A stretch of DNA of 64,000 nucleotides from Sphyrna mokarran. Its lineage: Eukaryota. The stretch's first letter is position 1. Every line of letters starts with the position of its first letter. The stretch spans positions 75,454,001 to 75,518,000 of the forward strand of contig JAGIQG010000005.1 in NCBI GenBank assembly GCA_024679065.1, given 5' to 3'. The position numbers and the translations under genes were made by a program. Shown one piece after another: positions 36,691-50,790 of the stretch. The notes below the pieces were generated by a model. The model was not told the origin of the DNA. It worked only from the letters and a program-made list of their open reading frames with translations, and ran no database searches.

Positions 36691-39545
36691 TTTGGGGGCA
36701 ATTCCCTTTATTCCCATTCTATAGATTTGTCAAGACACCTCTCAAGTCACTCCTGTTTCTGCTTCACTGCCTCACCCAGCAATGAGTTTCAGGCACCCAT
36801 TACTCTTTAAAAAAAAAATCTGCTTTGTACATCTCCTTTAAACCTTGTCCCTCACACCTTAAACTTATGCCCCCAAGTAACTGACCCTTCCACCCATCCC
36901 TCAATCAGGTCTCCCCTCAACTTCCATTGCACTAGTGAGAACAAACCAAATCTCTTCTTATAACTAATGCCCTCCATGCCAAGCAACATCCTGGTAAATC
37001 TTTTCTATATCCTCTCCAAAGCCTCCCCATCCTTCTGTTATGTATCATGGAACACTTGGAATATAGTGTGGCCTAATTAATTTTCTATAAAACTGCAACA
37101 TAACTTGCCAATTTTTAAAAACTCAATATCCTGGCTGATGAAGGTAAGCATGTCATGTGCCTGTTAACTACCTTCTCCAATTGCATTGTCACTTTGTGAC
37201 CCATGTACCTGTACACCCAGATCCTTCTGCCTATCAATACTTTTAAGGGTTCTACTATTTACTGTAGTTTTCTTGTATTAGACTTCACAAAATGCATTAC
37301 CCCACATTTATCTGGATTAAACTCCATTTGCCATCTTTCTGTATCCTTTGATAGTCCTTATCGCTATCCACAAATCCACCAACCTTTGTCGTTCGCAAGC
37401 GTACTAATCAATCCAGTTACATTTTGCTCCAAATCATTTATATGTTATTACACAACAGCAGAAGTCCCAACACTGATCCTTGAGGAACACTACTTGTCAT
37501 AGCCCTCCATTCAGAAACGCACTCTTCTAATGCTACCCTTTGTCGTCTCTGACCGAGCCAGTTTTGTATTCACCTTGCCAGCTCACTTCTGATCCAGGCT
37601 ACTTCAACTTCTGCACCAGTCTGCAATGAAGGACGTTGTCAAAAGGCCTCAATGAAATCCACGTAGACAACATCTGTTGCTCTACCCTCAATCATCTTCA
37701 TCATTTCCTCGAAAAACTCAAATCAAGTTCGAGAGACACAACTTCCCCTTCACAAAACCATGCTGCCTCTTGCTAAAATGTCCACTTATTTCCAAATATA
37801 AATAAAACCCATCTCGAAGACTATTCTCCAATAATTTCCCTACCACTGATGTAAGACTCAACAGCTTGTAATTACCTGGATTATTCTTGCTACCCTTCTT
37901 AAAACAAAGAAACAACACTGGCTATTCTCCAATAGTCTGCGTCCTTCCCTGTAGCCAGTGAATTCACAGATTTCTTTCAAAGCCCCAGCAATTTCCTCCC
38001 TTGCCTCTCAGTATTCTGGGGTATATTCCATCAGGCCCTGGGGACCTGTCTACCTTAACGTTTCTCAAGAACCCCAATATCACCTTATTTTTGATTTCAA
38101 CATGATTCAAACTGTCTACATATCCTTTCCCAGAATCATCCACAAATCCTTCTCTTTGGTGAATACTGACACAACATACTCATTTAACACCTTGCCTATT
38201 TTCTCTGGCTCCACACATAGATTCTCTCCCTAGTCTTTGAACAGCCAATCCTCTCACTCCTTATGTATAAAAAAAAACATTGAGATTTTTCTTAATCCTG
38301 CTGACTAATGCTTTTTCATGACCCCTTTTAGCCCTTCTTACTCAAATTTCTTTCTACTTTCTTTGTATTCCACACTTGCTTTGTGTTCCCAGCCTCCTAG
38401 CTTTAACAAATGCTTCCTTTTTCTCTGACTAGGCTCTCAATATGTTATCCAAGGTTCCCAAATCTTGCTATACTTCACCTTCATCCTTACAGGAATGTGG
38501 CAGTACTGAAATCCTATCAACTTACACTTGAAAGTCTCCGACATCAGATGTTGATTTGCGCTCAAACATCTGCCCCCAATATATATCCTTCATTTCCTGC
38601 CTAATATTATTGCAATTAGCCTTCTCCCAAGTACCTTAACTTGAGGACTATACCTGTCTTTATCCATTAGTACCTTAAAGCTTACTGCTATTCCCAAACA
38701 TCAATTATTTGGCTGAGCTCATTCCCCAATATCAGGTCCAAAATGGCCCCTTCCAGAGCTGGATTATCTACATACTGTTTCAGGAAGCCCTCCTGGATGT
38801 TCCATACAAACTCTGCTCCACCCACACCCCTAATACAAGTGAGTCCCAATCAATATAGGGAAATTAAAATCTCCCACCACAACAACGCTGTTACATTTTG
38901 CCAAAATCTGCTTACATATTTATTCCTCAATCTCCTGCGGCGGTTGGGTAGCCTATAGTAAACCCCCCAACGTTGTGACTACACCTTTCCCATTCCTGAG
39001 CTCTACCTCTCTATGTGCCCTCAGAAGTGTCCTCCAAGTACAGCTGTAATATTCTGAACCAGTGGTGCAACTTCCTCCATCCCTTTTACATCCGTCTTTA
39101 TCCCACCTGAAACATTTGTATCCTGGAAATGTTAAGCTGCCAATCCTGTCCTTCCCATAAGGAACTCTGTAATGGCAACAACATTGTACTGTCTAGTACT
39201 AATTCAAGCTCCAAGTTCATCTGCTTCACCTGTTACACTTCATGCATTGAAACCAACGCACTTCAGTCCACCACACCCTCTGATTAATAATCCCACATTG
39301 CTTGCTGTTTGAGTCTTACTGGCCCTAATGTCTGGTTCCCTTACAGCTAATTCACTTTTGTTTTGATTCCCACTCCTCTGCCAAATTAGTTTAAATCCTC
39401 CCACATAACACTAGCAAATCTCCCAGCCAGAATATTTGCTCCTTTCCAGTTTAGATGCAACTATCCTTCTTGTACAGGTCTCATCTGCCCCAGAAGAGAT
39501 CACAATACCAGACATCTGAAACCCTCCCTCCTACAACAACTGTTG
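36690..39545 (-). mobile_element. Long decayed CR1 LINE (ORF1 esterase C-terminus, ORF2 endonuclease and RT, 3' end)
   Basis: Fragments FKKGSKNNPGNYKLLSLTSVVGKLLE...QHGFVKGKLCLSNLI, and ORF1-like WGR*DLYKKDSCI/LHLNW region at ~39400-39540. Confidence 0.9.
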
Positions 39546-39998
39546 AGTCAATAGACCTTTAATTGCAGATTTTTATTGAATTGGATTTCTATTTTGTGAT
39601 GGGAATTCAAACTTACCCTTGAATTACTAATTCAGTGTCAATATCAGTACACCACCAGCTCTCCAAGTGCCAAACCATGTAGAAAACACCATTTAAAAGT
39701 AATCAAATTTCCATGTGTTCAACAGAAAAATGTAAATATAACCTATAAAAAATTGACCCTTTTGAGAAAAGGGATTACACATCTTCATGTTCCAGAATAC
39801 TATGATATGTTCACTTGCGCGAACATACATAATTCTTATCTGTTGAACGCGTTAGAGTGGGGCCAGGAGTCTTTCAGCAAAGTCTGTTCACCTTAATGGC
39901 AGGAACAAGTACTGTTAATAGCATAAATATTTTCATTTGATCACTATAAAGCAGAAACTAAATTAATAAATGTGGATTTAATACCATGTACAACTTAC

Positions 39999-40128
39999 TG
40001 TCATCATATAATCCTGAAGCAGTTCAGCTGCAGAAGTACTGAGTTCACTGTCACTAACATTTTTGATTTGAGGTGACGGTAGAGTTGAAGATGGTGAATT
40101 TCTCCCCGTATCTGAACCTTGAAAGGAC
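39999..40128 (-). CDS. CCM2: CCM2 exon 8 (linker and start of harmonin-homology domain)
   Basis: 130 nt, ACA|gtaagt donor. The acceptor ggttcacccag|G is the only nearby AG in the phase required by exon 7. Translates SFQGSDTGRNSPSSTLPSPQIKNVSDSELSTSAAELLQDYMMT. Confidence 0.9.
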
Positions 40129-42345
40129 CTGGGTGAACCACGAAAAGCTTGAGAATTTGATTGAGACTCCCAATGCCCAAAAATAGACTTAAAATCAAAA
40201 TCTTAAGCTTTAAGCATTGTTTTACACTATGAAATCAAAATTAGACATTTAAACTTTGGTCAGCATCAATCTCCATTGGTCCAAGATTACATTAAATAAA
40301 CAGCACAGAAACAAGCCACTTGTTTCTGTGGCTTGTTCATGGTGGTCTTTATGCACCATATTAAATTTTCTAATGCAATCATCTTTGCCCTCCTCCCCCA
40401 TTTATCTAGCTTGCCTTTAGAAGTATCTATACTACTTGCTTAAACCCCTCCATGGTAGCAAGTTCCACTTCACCATTCTTTGGGTAAAACTCCTTCTGTG
40501 CATTTAAATCCTATTACTAAAATAACAACCATAATTACACAAGTATGATGAACTGACGTTTGATACAGGTTTAGCATAACCTCCCTATATTTTTCAGCTA
40601 GCACCTCCAATGCTATAATTGACAAGAGGCATCAATAACCTCTGCCAGAGACTCTCCACTTTGAACAGTATGTCCTCTCTCCCCCCATTTTTTCTCTAAA
40701 TCTGTTTGCTATCTCCAACTCCTCCTCTCCCAATGTCTTTTCTAAGTTGGTGAGAATTAGATCAAAGCCAGTTATTCATTCTTACTGTTTCTTTTGCCAC
40801 CTACTACAAGCATAGTTTGGTAGCTATACTCTTCAGAAGTGACAACTTAGTTTTATTGAATCATTTTAGTTACAGGCACAAAAATTCTCCTAGCCAGAGT
40901 AAGTTCTGTGTCTTTGCTATCATTCCTGCTTCCAGTAAGTTACATTCAACAAAGAGTAGTGCTTTCAGGCAAAATGGGGGTAGGTGGATACAGAACATGT
41001 CCAGAAATCGTGTTGCCTGGTAATTTACTAGTTCTTACTTCCCATAGCTGCAATGGCTTCCAAAAGTAGTGGAAGGTAGGGCATAGCTGTGTACCGTACT
41101 AGAAACACAAGTTCAGTTATGTGGCGAGACAAAAACCAGTAGGATATTCCCCATTGAACAGAGAAGGTTAAGGGGAGATTTAATTTCTTCCATAAGAGAC
41201 CAACTGTTTGCAGTGGCAGAAGGGTCAGAATAGATTTGAGGATAGGAAGAAAACAGGGATATGATTTTCTTAAAATTATACAGAAGTTATAAAGGCTGAA
41301 TACTGTGGATAGTGGAAATCTGAAATAGAAGCAGAGCTGAAGAGTCATACAGATTCAAAATATTAACTCTTTCTTCAAAGATGATGCCTGATCTTTATAC
41401 TGATCCGGATTATAATGACCTGGAAATGTACTCTCTCAAAGAGAGTGGAAGCAGATTCAATAATAGCTTGAGAATTGGTTAAATATTTACAGAAAAATGT
41501 GTAGGGTTGTGAGAGAAAAAAAATGCATAAAGGATACAAGATTGTGAATTTAGCATTAAAGAACAAAGGAGGTTCTGCTTTTTGCTTCCAATACTTGTAG
41601 TGGTTTGTATAAACTTGTTAGGTTAGATTTTTTGAAATGTCTCTCAGTATTAAAAGTTAGTCAACACCTTAGCCAAAATGTAAATAATAGACTAAGAAAT
41701 GACAGAACCTGTTGTGCGCCTGTACTGCATTGAGAGTTTGGCCCAAGTACATTTGCAGTAAAATCTGTATCTAGAATTTTGCCAGCTCAAAGCAATTGAA
41801 TTGGAGAAGCGCAAGACGGAGACACTGGCATGAGGGGAGGCGTGTCGGATACTTTGTTTCAGGTCTCAGTCACACTTCATAGAAAGCTGCAGGATTAGAG
41901 GGGTCAGTATGACTATAAATATTCAAGACAGAGAAGGAGGAATTGCAGAAATTGACCTTATCCAACAAGCATAATAGTTGCTACCAGTGAAGATACAGAT
42001 AAAGACTGTCAAGTTCAGGCAATGCTGACTTCAGCACCAGGGAACTATACAAAAAGTAGCTTAAAAAAAATCACTCTGGTACCTGTTGCAAATTCAATAA
42101 CTTGAGTGAAAGTTAATATCCTTCATAAGCAGGATCAAAAATATCCCATGTGCTGCTTACCCGATGGTAGGGACATCTCAAGCTGCTTGATAGAATATTA
42201 GAACGTGAGGAGGAAGACCTAGTCACTGTGGTCCAAACTGACAATGTAGAAAAGATAGCCAAGAGGTCCTATTTGCAGCACATTAGTTATATTAAAGAAT
42301 AGCATCTTAAGGATAACCAGTGGATTTCATTTATTTTCACTCTAG

Positions 42346-42740
42346 TGCAGCCGCACTTGGAGTATTGTGTGCAGTTCTGGTCCCCACATTATAAGAAAGA
42401 TGTGGAGGCATTGGAGAGGGTACAGAGGAGGTTTACCAGGATGTTGCCTGGTATGGAGGGCAGGTCCTATGAAGAGAGGTTGAAGGATTTGAGGTTGTTT
42501 TCGTTAGAAAGGAGGCGGCTAAGAGGGGATCTTATTGAAGCATATAAGATGATTAGAGGTTTAGATAGGGTGGACAGTGATAGCCTTTTTCCTAGGATGG
42601 AGAAAGCTAGCACGAGGGGACACAGCTTTAAATTAAGGGGTATGAGTTATAGGACGGATATCAGAGGTAGGTTCTTTACTCAAAGAGTGATTAGGGAGTG
42701 GAATGCCCTGCCTGCAGCTGTTGTAGATGCGCCAAGTTTG
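42346..42740 (+). mobile_element. Young-looking internal CR1 ORF2 fragment in CCM2 intron 7
   Basis: Uninterrupted PHLEYCVQFWSPHYKKDVEALERVQRRFTRMLPG...FFTQRVIREWNALP with CpGs retained. Confidence 0.92.
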
Positions 42741-42896
42741 GTGGCACATGGGAAAACAGAGCTCATTTCACAGGACACGGGTCCATGGGGATAGGAGACA
42801 GGAGCAGCAGACCATGCAAAGATACATTGGCCTTAGCAGGATTTTTACAATTTCGGGATGAGTATGACCACAAAAATCCCGTCCGAAGATTTTGGT

Positions 42897-42914
42897 GGGG
42901 GGGGGGGGGGGGGG
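42897..42914 (+). repeat. G18 homopolymer
   Basis: Read directly from the sequence. Confidence 0.9.
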
Positions 42915-43891
42915 TTTGGGGGTGGTTGTGGTGGTTTGTGCGTCTTCAGGAGGATTACTTCTAAAACAGGCAAAGATAAAAATGTCTATTATTTCAATGA
43001 TTAAAAAAAGGATATAAATGAAACAGAAGAAGGGAATGGATATACTTATGGATAGACTTAACCAGAAAGCGATTTATTATATGGGAATTGTTTATAATCT
43101 TGGCAGTAGCTATGGTGTAGTAGAATGCATCAAGAGACTAGATAAGCATGTAGCAAAGGTAAAATGGATTTAATGGAGGATATCAATTTTCAAATAGATT
43201 GGGATAAGCAGGCTAGCTCAGGTTAATTTCTTATACTCATAACTTCCTACTTGTGGTGCAATTCCAGCTGGACAACTAACTGCTCTGAAAATTGAATTCA
43301 AACATCTGCTGGTTGGAGCTGCAAGAAAAGAATCCTTAAAGGTCACAGCACATACAACATTGACAAGGTCAGCGAGACTACGTTGTTTTTAAAAAAAACA
43401 GTACAGCCCCGTCAGAAAACAGGTACGTTTAAGGGCCCACTGTAATCGACAGTCAGGGAGAAGATAATGGAATCTGATTTTGGCTGGTTACAGGATTGTT
43501 TAAGTGTGGTTTTTGGCAGGAGGAACAAATTGCAACACTCCCAATATCACACATGCAACATACTAGCAAATAAACCACACATGAATCATTTATATAGCCT
43601 TTACTAACAGTGTTACAGGTTTAAGGGCAATATACTTCAACTGAGTGGATAACTTAAAATTACCTTGTTTTCCCAGAAAAAGCACAAATCCTTCATAATA
43701 ACCAACAGATGGCTACACTTCGACGTTTGAAGAGAATGAATCATTTTAAATTTAAAAAAAACTTGCAGGAAAAAGAACGACTTGAAGTTTGAATACTCTA
43801 ATCAAGCCAAGTAATCTATTAGTCTATATAACTTCTAATATAGAAAGTTAGCTCCCACAATATTGGTCAGAGTTACATTAAAGATACTTAC

Positions 43892-43946
43892 AAGTTACTA
43901 ATTTCTGCATCATACGGCTCTTTAACATCTGCTTTACTGGAATCAT
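43892..43946 (-). CDS. CCM2: CCM2 exon 7 (linker)
   Basis: 55 nt, tttgaaaacag acceptor, CTT|gtaagt donor. Translates (D)DSSKADVKEPYDAEISN(L). Phase 1/2. Confidence 0.93.
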
Positions 43947-45998
43947 CTGTTTTCAAAAGAAATATTAAACAGTGCACAAATATAAAGTACATTTTTCACC
44001 TGAAGTTTGAAATCAAAGCTGTGTCTTTCACCAGGTAGATAAAAGACATCATTTAGTATTGTACTTAGGCAGAAAAGCAAGACTGAACGATCAGTTTAAA
44101 CTGCTGAAATGAAAAGTTGAAAAATATCAAAGATCAGTTTTATACAATAAATGCCTGGCATGATTATGCTGAAGTGGGCAGAAGAAAGCCATAATGTTTC
44201 TTAAAATGTTTATTAGAATCTTATCACTGCTGCAGTCAATATTTGGCACAGTTGCAGTATATATCCACCACTTCTATCTCATAGTAAACCACCACAACAG
44301 AAGTGGCAGTAAACTTGTTGCTGTAGGTATGGTACTGAAGTGGGGAGCTGAGGGTCAACTGCCTCATTTTTTTTCCTCTTTTGTGCTGGATTAATTACTA
44401 CCAAGAAAGCGGATTTGGCCTCTATGTTATAGGCTGAAAAATAGCAGGATAGAAGAAGATTAAAATCAAAGAACTACAGTCCAACCTAGCACTCCATTGC
44501 TCTCCAGGTTTACTGTATTTGGGAAACAAGATTTTAGTTTGGAGAAATTGGATTTCCTTCACTGGAAAGTTAAAAGATGATTAATGGATGGAGTTATTTT
44601 GACAAGGCAGAGAGAAACTGACCACTGGTTAGTGAACAAAGGAGGCAAGGATTTATTTTTTGTTAAAATATGGACACTTCCACAATTGCCTACATTTAAA
44701 AAGGGGAGATATTTAATCACTGCAAACCTATTAATTCTGTTTCTGGCACTGTTTTTGTTATGAATTTCCAAGTTCTAACAAGTTGCTGGGTCATGGTAAA
44801 CTATGGCTTCCACAGGTGTGAGGAGCCTGCATCACCTCACCCAAAAGAGGAATTGTATCAGGTTTGATATTACATGGTAGGCAACTGTGATCAGCTAACT
44901 TGTAGGATAAAGATTGAACAAGTGCCTTTATGTGGAGGATTTATTCATTTATCCAAGAGGCAGTTACCGAACAGTTCAGTCTGTTTACACAAATCAGAGA
45001 AAAACTGGGTGATCCAATCAAATCTCAAAACAAACAAACACTCTTGAAAAGTGTTACATTCCCTGATTTATTTTTGGCTCATTTTTCAGTAGCAGGAATC
45101 ATATTTTGAAAATGAGCACATTACAATAGGGAATAATAAAAACCCAACCTCATTCCTTCAGATTTTAACCATTGTTGGGATTTAATAGAAAAAAACTTTT
45201 GTCTATTGATTCAATTTCATGTCTCGGATTTATTATTCTAACTTGCACTTAACACCACTAAGATTTGTTAAAGACAAAATTGTTTCCCCTGTTCAGAGGT
45301 CTCAGATCACTTGAGTGCTTCTCTGAAGTAGCTTTTTAATTACAGCAAATGCCAGTCCAAAAATGTTTGTGTGCACATGCAAAATAGCTGGTGCTACTCA
45401 TTTGCTATGAATCACAAAATGCAGTCCATTTATCCAACTTAATTACACAATGTGCCCTAAAAGTAACCAGGCCAAATATACAAAAGTACTATAAAGGGAT
45501 TTTCAATATGGTCTCCTGGAAATTTTGTCGTCTCTACTTTTGCATAAATCTAAACAATTCAACATTTAGATCCAGCTCCCAGTCATAGCTAGGATGTAGA
45601 GAAAGATCAACGTAACATAAAGGTAGGCCCATTCAAGACTGATGGCAGCAGGCAAGAAGTTGTTCTTGAGTACATGACCTCAGACTTTTCTATCCCCCTC
45701 CAGGGAAGAAAAAGGAAAGGAGCCATGTCCAGGATACATGGGAATCCTCAATTATGATGTTTTTCCATGATAACAAGCAGTATACCCAGCCACTAGAACT
45801 GGAACATGGTATTTGCACGTTTGTAATTGGATCAAGAGCAGTTATTTGAAACAGTTATAAGTCTAGTGAGCATCACATTATATTTTTGACATTACAAAAA
45901 AAAGCTCAATGCGCAAATTCATCTAGAGCATAAAAGCTCATACCAGCACGTAGAATTAAATTCCGATCTGAATTAAATCATTTAGTATTAACACCTAC

Positions 45999-46134
45999 CA
46001 CTGTATATAGACATGTGCTTAGTTGGGGTAGAAGCACCATCAAATATTGCCCTATCCAAAAAGTCTATTGTGGACTCTGTGTAAACAACTTGGAAGACTT
46101 GGCTGAGGAGGGAACAGAGTTCTTCTGCAGCTGC
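45999..46134 (-). CDS. CCM2: CCM2 exon 6 (C-terminal PTB helix and LD-like CCM3-binding motif)
   Basis: 136 nt, ttcttttctctag acceptor, GTG|gtaggt donor. Translates [45 protein letters not shown]. Confidence 0.98.
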
Positions 46135-49119
46135 CTAGAGAAAAGAACATAAAATTGATAGATATATTCTCAGTAATTAAAATAAAATCAAGGAAAATAT
46201 TTCTTCTAGCACAATGCAGCCTCTCCCTTAATACACGTTTGGAGAAATTTTCCATTCTAAATTTAGATTTAACATTTAAATTTTTAAGCATCCAAAAAGC
46301 TAGGACTACACAACAGGGATAACACTCATGAATACTAGATTTCCTGGAAAATAAAAAAGGTGTTCAAGAGATTTGGACATAGCACACGAAAATGCAGCTG
46401 ACAAAGATCAGCCATGACTTTCTGAATGGTAGAAACAGATTTGAAGGGCTGATTTGGCCTAACACTGCTCTTTGTTTTTTGGCCATTTACACTTACATTG
46501 GCTAAACATTTGAACTTTGTAAAATGAAACTAAAATTTTCGTATTTAAGCGTGTGCGTGGCAAGCTGTGAAAGGAAACCCTTTCTAATACAAGCGTCAGT
46601 ATTGAATATATATCATACAGTGATGCTTCGAAGGAGAATAAATTTCTTCTACAATACAATGGCTTCAAGAGAGCTTATTTTAACACTAGAAATTGGATTG
46701 TGCCTGCCAAAATTAATTTCAATCAGACCCTATAGCCAAAGATGGTCTTGCATACAATTGCTGGGCTATGAACCCATATCCACAAATGAAGTGCCAATAT
46801 CTAAACCCACTATACACAAATGTTTTAAACCAATTTTACTACAACTTCCATTTATGGGAGAAATTATTCTGTACACTAAATACATAACCAGCACAGTTTT
46901 CTCAAGTTTAGCAACACACACTCTTGGACTTGGTTTGTACACATTAATAAACTCCCAATTGTTGACAAATTTCCAAAAATTGCCACAAGTCGATCCATCC
47001 TTATTATGGATGTAGCACATTTTAGATTTTTTTCCCCCAAATCAAAACAAAGTCTTAAACAACTTAGTCTTCCCCCCCAATCAGTCTCCCAAATCAAGCT
47101 GCATTACACATCCAGAGTATGTAAAAGATGAAGAATTTCCTGTCATTCCATACACCATTGAAAAATTGCAAAATCAGAGTGGATAGGAGACTTAAATATC
47201 AACCAACAGGAACATAATAAGATGTTAACCAATGCAGATACCAAATCCAAGTCAAAAACATTTAATTAATATAACATTACACCACACAGTGGCACTGTAG
47301 AAGGGAGAATTTAAGAAGATATAGATAAGATGAATAAAATATGTTAAAAACATTTTGTCAAGATGCCAGAAGAGACAAGTTGCACCTCACATGCACTGGG
47401 GACAGAAATGTCCTTCTGGGGAAGCTGTGTGGTAAAGACCTATACAGTTTTTAAACGTGGCACTGCTGGGCTCCCATTCTGAAAATTAAAAGTGTAGCAC
47501 ATGATGTAATGCCAAAAAGGTCCCCTGGGCCTGGGCACCCTGACACTGCTCAAGGGACAAAGTGCCCATACAAACTGATACTTTGGCACTGCCTATTGGG
47601 CACTGCACCTACAGCCTGTCTCCTTGGCACTCCCAATCAGTAGGAGTGGAGGGAAGTCTGCTGCCACTCTGCACTGAAATTGGTCTGGGGATGGAGGGAG
47701 CGATTGGGATAGGCTTAGGCATTAGGGGGCTTGCCCAGAAACTGTTGTGGGGAGGCCACAATCAGGTCATTTTGCAGGGTGGTGGGGGGGAAGAAGAGAA
47801 GTGTGGGGTGCTGGAAGTGCAGCACAGCAAAGAGTCCTGGGCTGGCTAGAAAACAGGAGTTTGTTTGGGGCTACTGTGCATGTGCAGAGCTACAGAACTG
47901 TCAAACTTTGGCATGGGTAACTCTGCTGTCCTGAGTTTTTAAATGAGATTCAGGTGAAAAGCTGACCTGTCATAATTGGCGTGATCTAGAACAGTTTTGG
48001 AGAATCACTCCCCTCCCCCCGTCCCCAGTCTCTACCAATATTGCAACTTAAATGGAGAAGTGCAAGGGACAATCCAAAATAAGACTTCTAAATTGGAAGA
48101 GGGCTAATGCAGTGAGATGGGATCTAACAAGGATAAAATGGAACTAGATACTGACGGGCAAAACCAGGTACATTCCAAGAAGAGCAAAAAAGGTAGAGAA
48201 GCCAAAAATAGGGCTCCCTAGATGATATGGAAGAAAGGCTATGATGAAAAAAGGTACTAGTGCATGTGCATAGTAAGTATATTGTGAAAATAAGGTCAAA
48301 TACAATAGGTTGAAAGGCCAGCTGAAGAGGAAGACTAGACTGAAAAGCAGGGAACCCAAAAGTATAGAGGAGACAAGTGGAAATTATTAGAGACAACAGT
48401 ATTAAGGAGATGCAAGACAAGGCTAGAATGAGTTCTTTAATTACTAAGAAACAAAACAATGATAGAAGCAATGGTAGGGGAAAGTTAAAAATTGAAGGGG
48501 TGGGCTAGCACTGGAAAGGTTGGCTATGCTTAGGAAGATAAGTCATCTGGTCCACATGGCTTGCATCAGATTGTCAAAGGAATTGGGTGTGGAGTCGGTG
48601 GCAGAAAGGGCTGCATTAACTTGAAGCTTCAAGATGTGGCAGAAATGCTAGAGAACTGGAGTGGCAAACATGATGCCTTTACTTCAGGAGGGATGCAAGG
48701 AGCGTCCCTGCAAAACAGAAGGCTGCCAACTTCTGCAACTATTTCTATATTCACAAGTGACTGACTTTATGACATTGCTATGTGTTACACAAGAAATTAC
48801 ATCCAAGTAAATTTAAGTGAGGTCTTAAGGTGCAATGGTAACATCTTTGCCTCATAACTAGAAGCTCCGAATCAAGTTCCACTCCAGGACTTGATGGCCA
48901 AGGAAGGTGCATTCATAATGCTGCTAAACAGGTTATGCAACAACTTGCATATCCTTCCAGCACACGTGACTCCTGGTCAGCCACATGGAAATAAATTGGA
49001 GTCTTTACCACAACATGCATACAAAAATGTATGCTGTGACAGCAACTCTGATTTCTTGGTGAGGGAGATTTTTCTTAGTTGGCTGGTATGAATATTCAGG
49101 AACTGCCTCTTATACATGA

Positions 49120-49415
49120 TCACAGAATCCATATAGCGCAGAAGGTGGTCATTCGTCCCACCTAGCCTGCACTGACTACAACCCTACCCAAGCCCTATTC
49201 CTATAATGCCGCATTTCCCTTGCTAATCCTTGATACTAATGGGCAATTTAGCACAGACAATCCACCTAATGTGCACATCTTTGGATTGAGAGAGGAAACT
49301 GGAGCACCTAGAGGAAACCCACACAGACATGAGGAGAAAGTGCAAATCCACAGACTGACTGGGGGATTAGAACTGAACCCGGACCCCTGGCGCTGCATGG
49401 TACTGTGCTACACGG
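49120..49415 (-). mobile_element. HE1/V-SINE
   Basis: Reverse tail, V-domain (gaggaaactggagcacctagaggaaacccacacagac) and B box. Confidence 0.85.
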
Positions 49416-49848
49416 TGAAGATCACAGCACTGTGGGTCAGACCTGCCTTTGGTTTTATAAGTGGCCACATTGTGACTAGTAGCCTTGGTTTTTATCTTGG
49501 TCCCCTGCCCAAAAGGTGTGAAAACAAAGTATTTCAACTCAAGAAAATAAGTCTTTTCCACAGATACTTTGCTCTTCCTGTGGGACAATGATTCTTCCTA
49601 CTTGGCAATGAACGCCAATAACCTGGCAACAAAATGGCAATAAACCCTTTACATCAAGTGTTCAGTACATCAAATTTATGGCCAGAAAACAAGATTGAAA
49701 GTTATTTCACTCATGGGATTAAATTAAGTGCTTTGAACTTCAGTGTAGTATTTAACTACTTCAAGTATCATTTCACATCACTTAAATGTGGCACACATTT
49801 AGATCCAAATCTACAAACATCAAAAATTCAACCTGAACCAAAACTTAC

Positions 49849-49976
49849 TTTGTTTTCTACAACAACCACCACCAGACTACAGGCTTCCATGGTTCCAGCT
49901 CCACTTTCTGACACTGACACCTGCATTTTTGTGGAACCTTCAGTGCTCTGACTGGTTGAATTCCCGGATTCATTGG
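49849..49976 (-). CDS. CCM2: CCM2 exon 5 (PTB loop and strand)
   Basis: 128 nt, ttttacttccag acceptor, AAA|gtaagt donor. Translates (A)NESGNSTSQSTEGSTKMQVSVSESGAGTMEACSLVVVVVENK. Phase 1/0 fits the neighbouring exons. Confidence 0.95.
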
Positions 49977-50574
49977 CTGGAAGTAAAACACAAATATTTG
50001 ATAATATTTTTGTAATATTGAATACTGTTTTCTTAGAATGACATTTGTTCAACTCGTAAATATTGCATAAAGGGGCTCTGACAGAAGTTTAACTGGGATT
50101 GCAAATATTGATAAGTGTTGCATGACAAATAAGAACTGCCACCAGGAACAAAATCATGTGTTTTAAAAATTTTTAACATGTAGGTAAAATCGAACTACTA
50201 ATGCCAACTTGACACTTGGGGAGGTCAGTGTTCTTTATGGCTCAAAGTTGTAACTGCATCCCAATTATACAAGTTTTCATTACTTTTGTCTAACTACAGA
50301 TAGACAATGAAGTATTGACCACAGCACAGAACTACAATCGCAAATAAAATTGTAACAGTCGAGCAACAAATCCTCTTGGGAGGACATCACACAAATGCTA
50401 CATTTATTGAATTTAAATTCACAACTCATTTGAGTATGGAATTTGAGCTCTGGGTTACTATTTTCTTGACAGTGTCCCCATTTGAGATTCTCCAGTAAAC
50501 CACCTTTACTTTAGCGTAATGCCCCATCCCCTTCAGAATCTTGCACATTTTAGCGAGATCACTTTCTTGTCTAT

Positions 50575-50790
50575 TAGAACATAGAACATTCCAGCACCAT
50601 ACAGGCCTTTCAGCCCTTGGTGTCACGCTGATCTGTGAAAACCAATCTAAAGCTCATCTAACCTACACTATTCCAATATCATCCATATATTTATCCAATG
50701 ACCATTTAAATGCTCTTAAATGTTAAGTCCACTATTGTTGCAGGCAGGGTTTTTCACACCCTTACTACTCTAAGAACCTCACATTTATCC
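50575..50790 (-). mobile_element. CR1 LINE 3' tail fragment
   Basis: tagaacatagaacattccagcaccatacaggcctttcagccc... is a reverse CR1 tail with its short tandem terminal repeat. Confidence 0.7.

Noticed and set aside
43664-43760. Possible extra minus-strand exon in intron 7 (AAG|gtaatt donor)
   Set aside because: T-rich with stop codons, no similarity to CCM2, and exons 7 and 8 already join in phase.
46524-47015. 163-aa plus-strand ORF in intron 5
   Set aside because: Non-ATG start, no recognisable domain, antisense to CCM2; probably a chance ORF.
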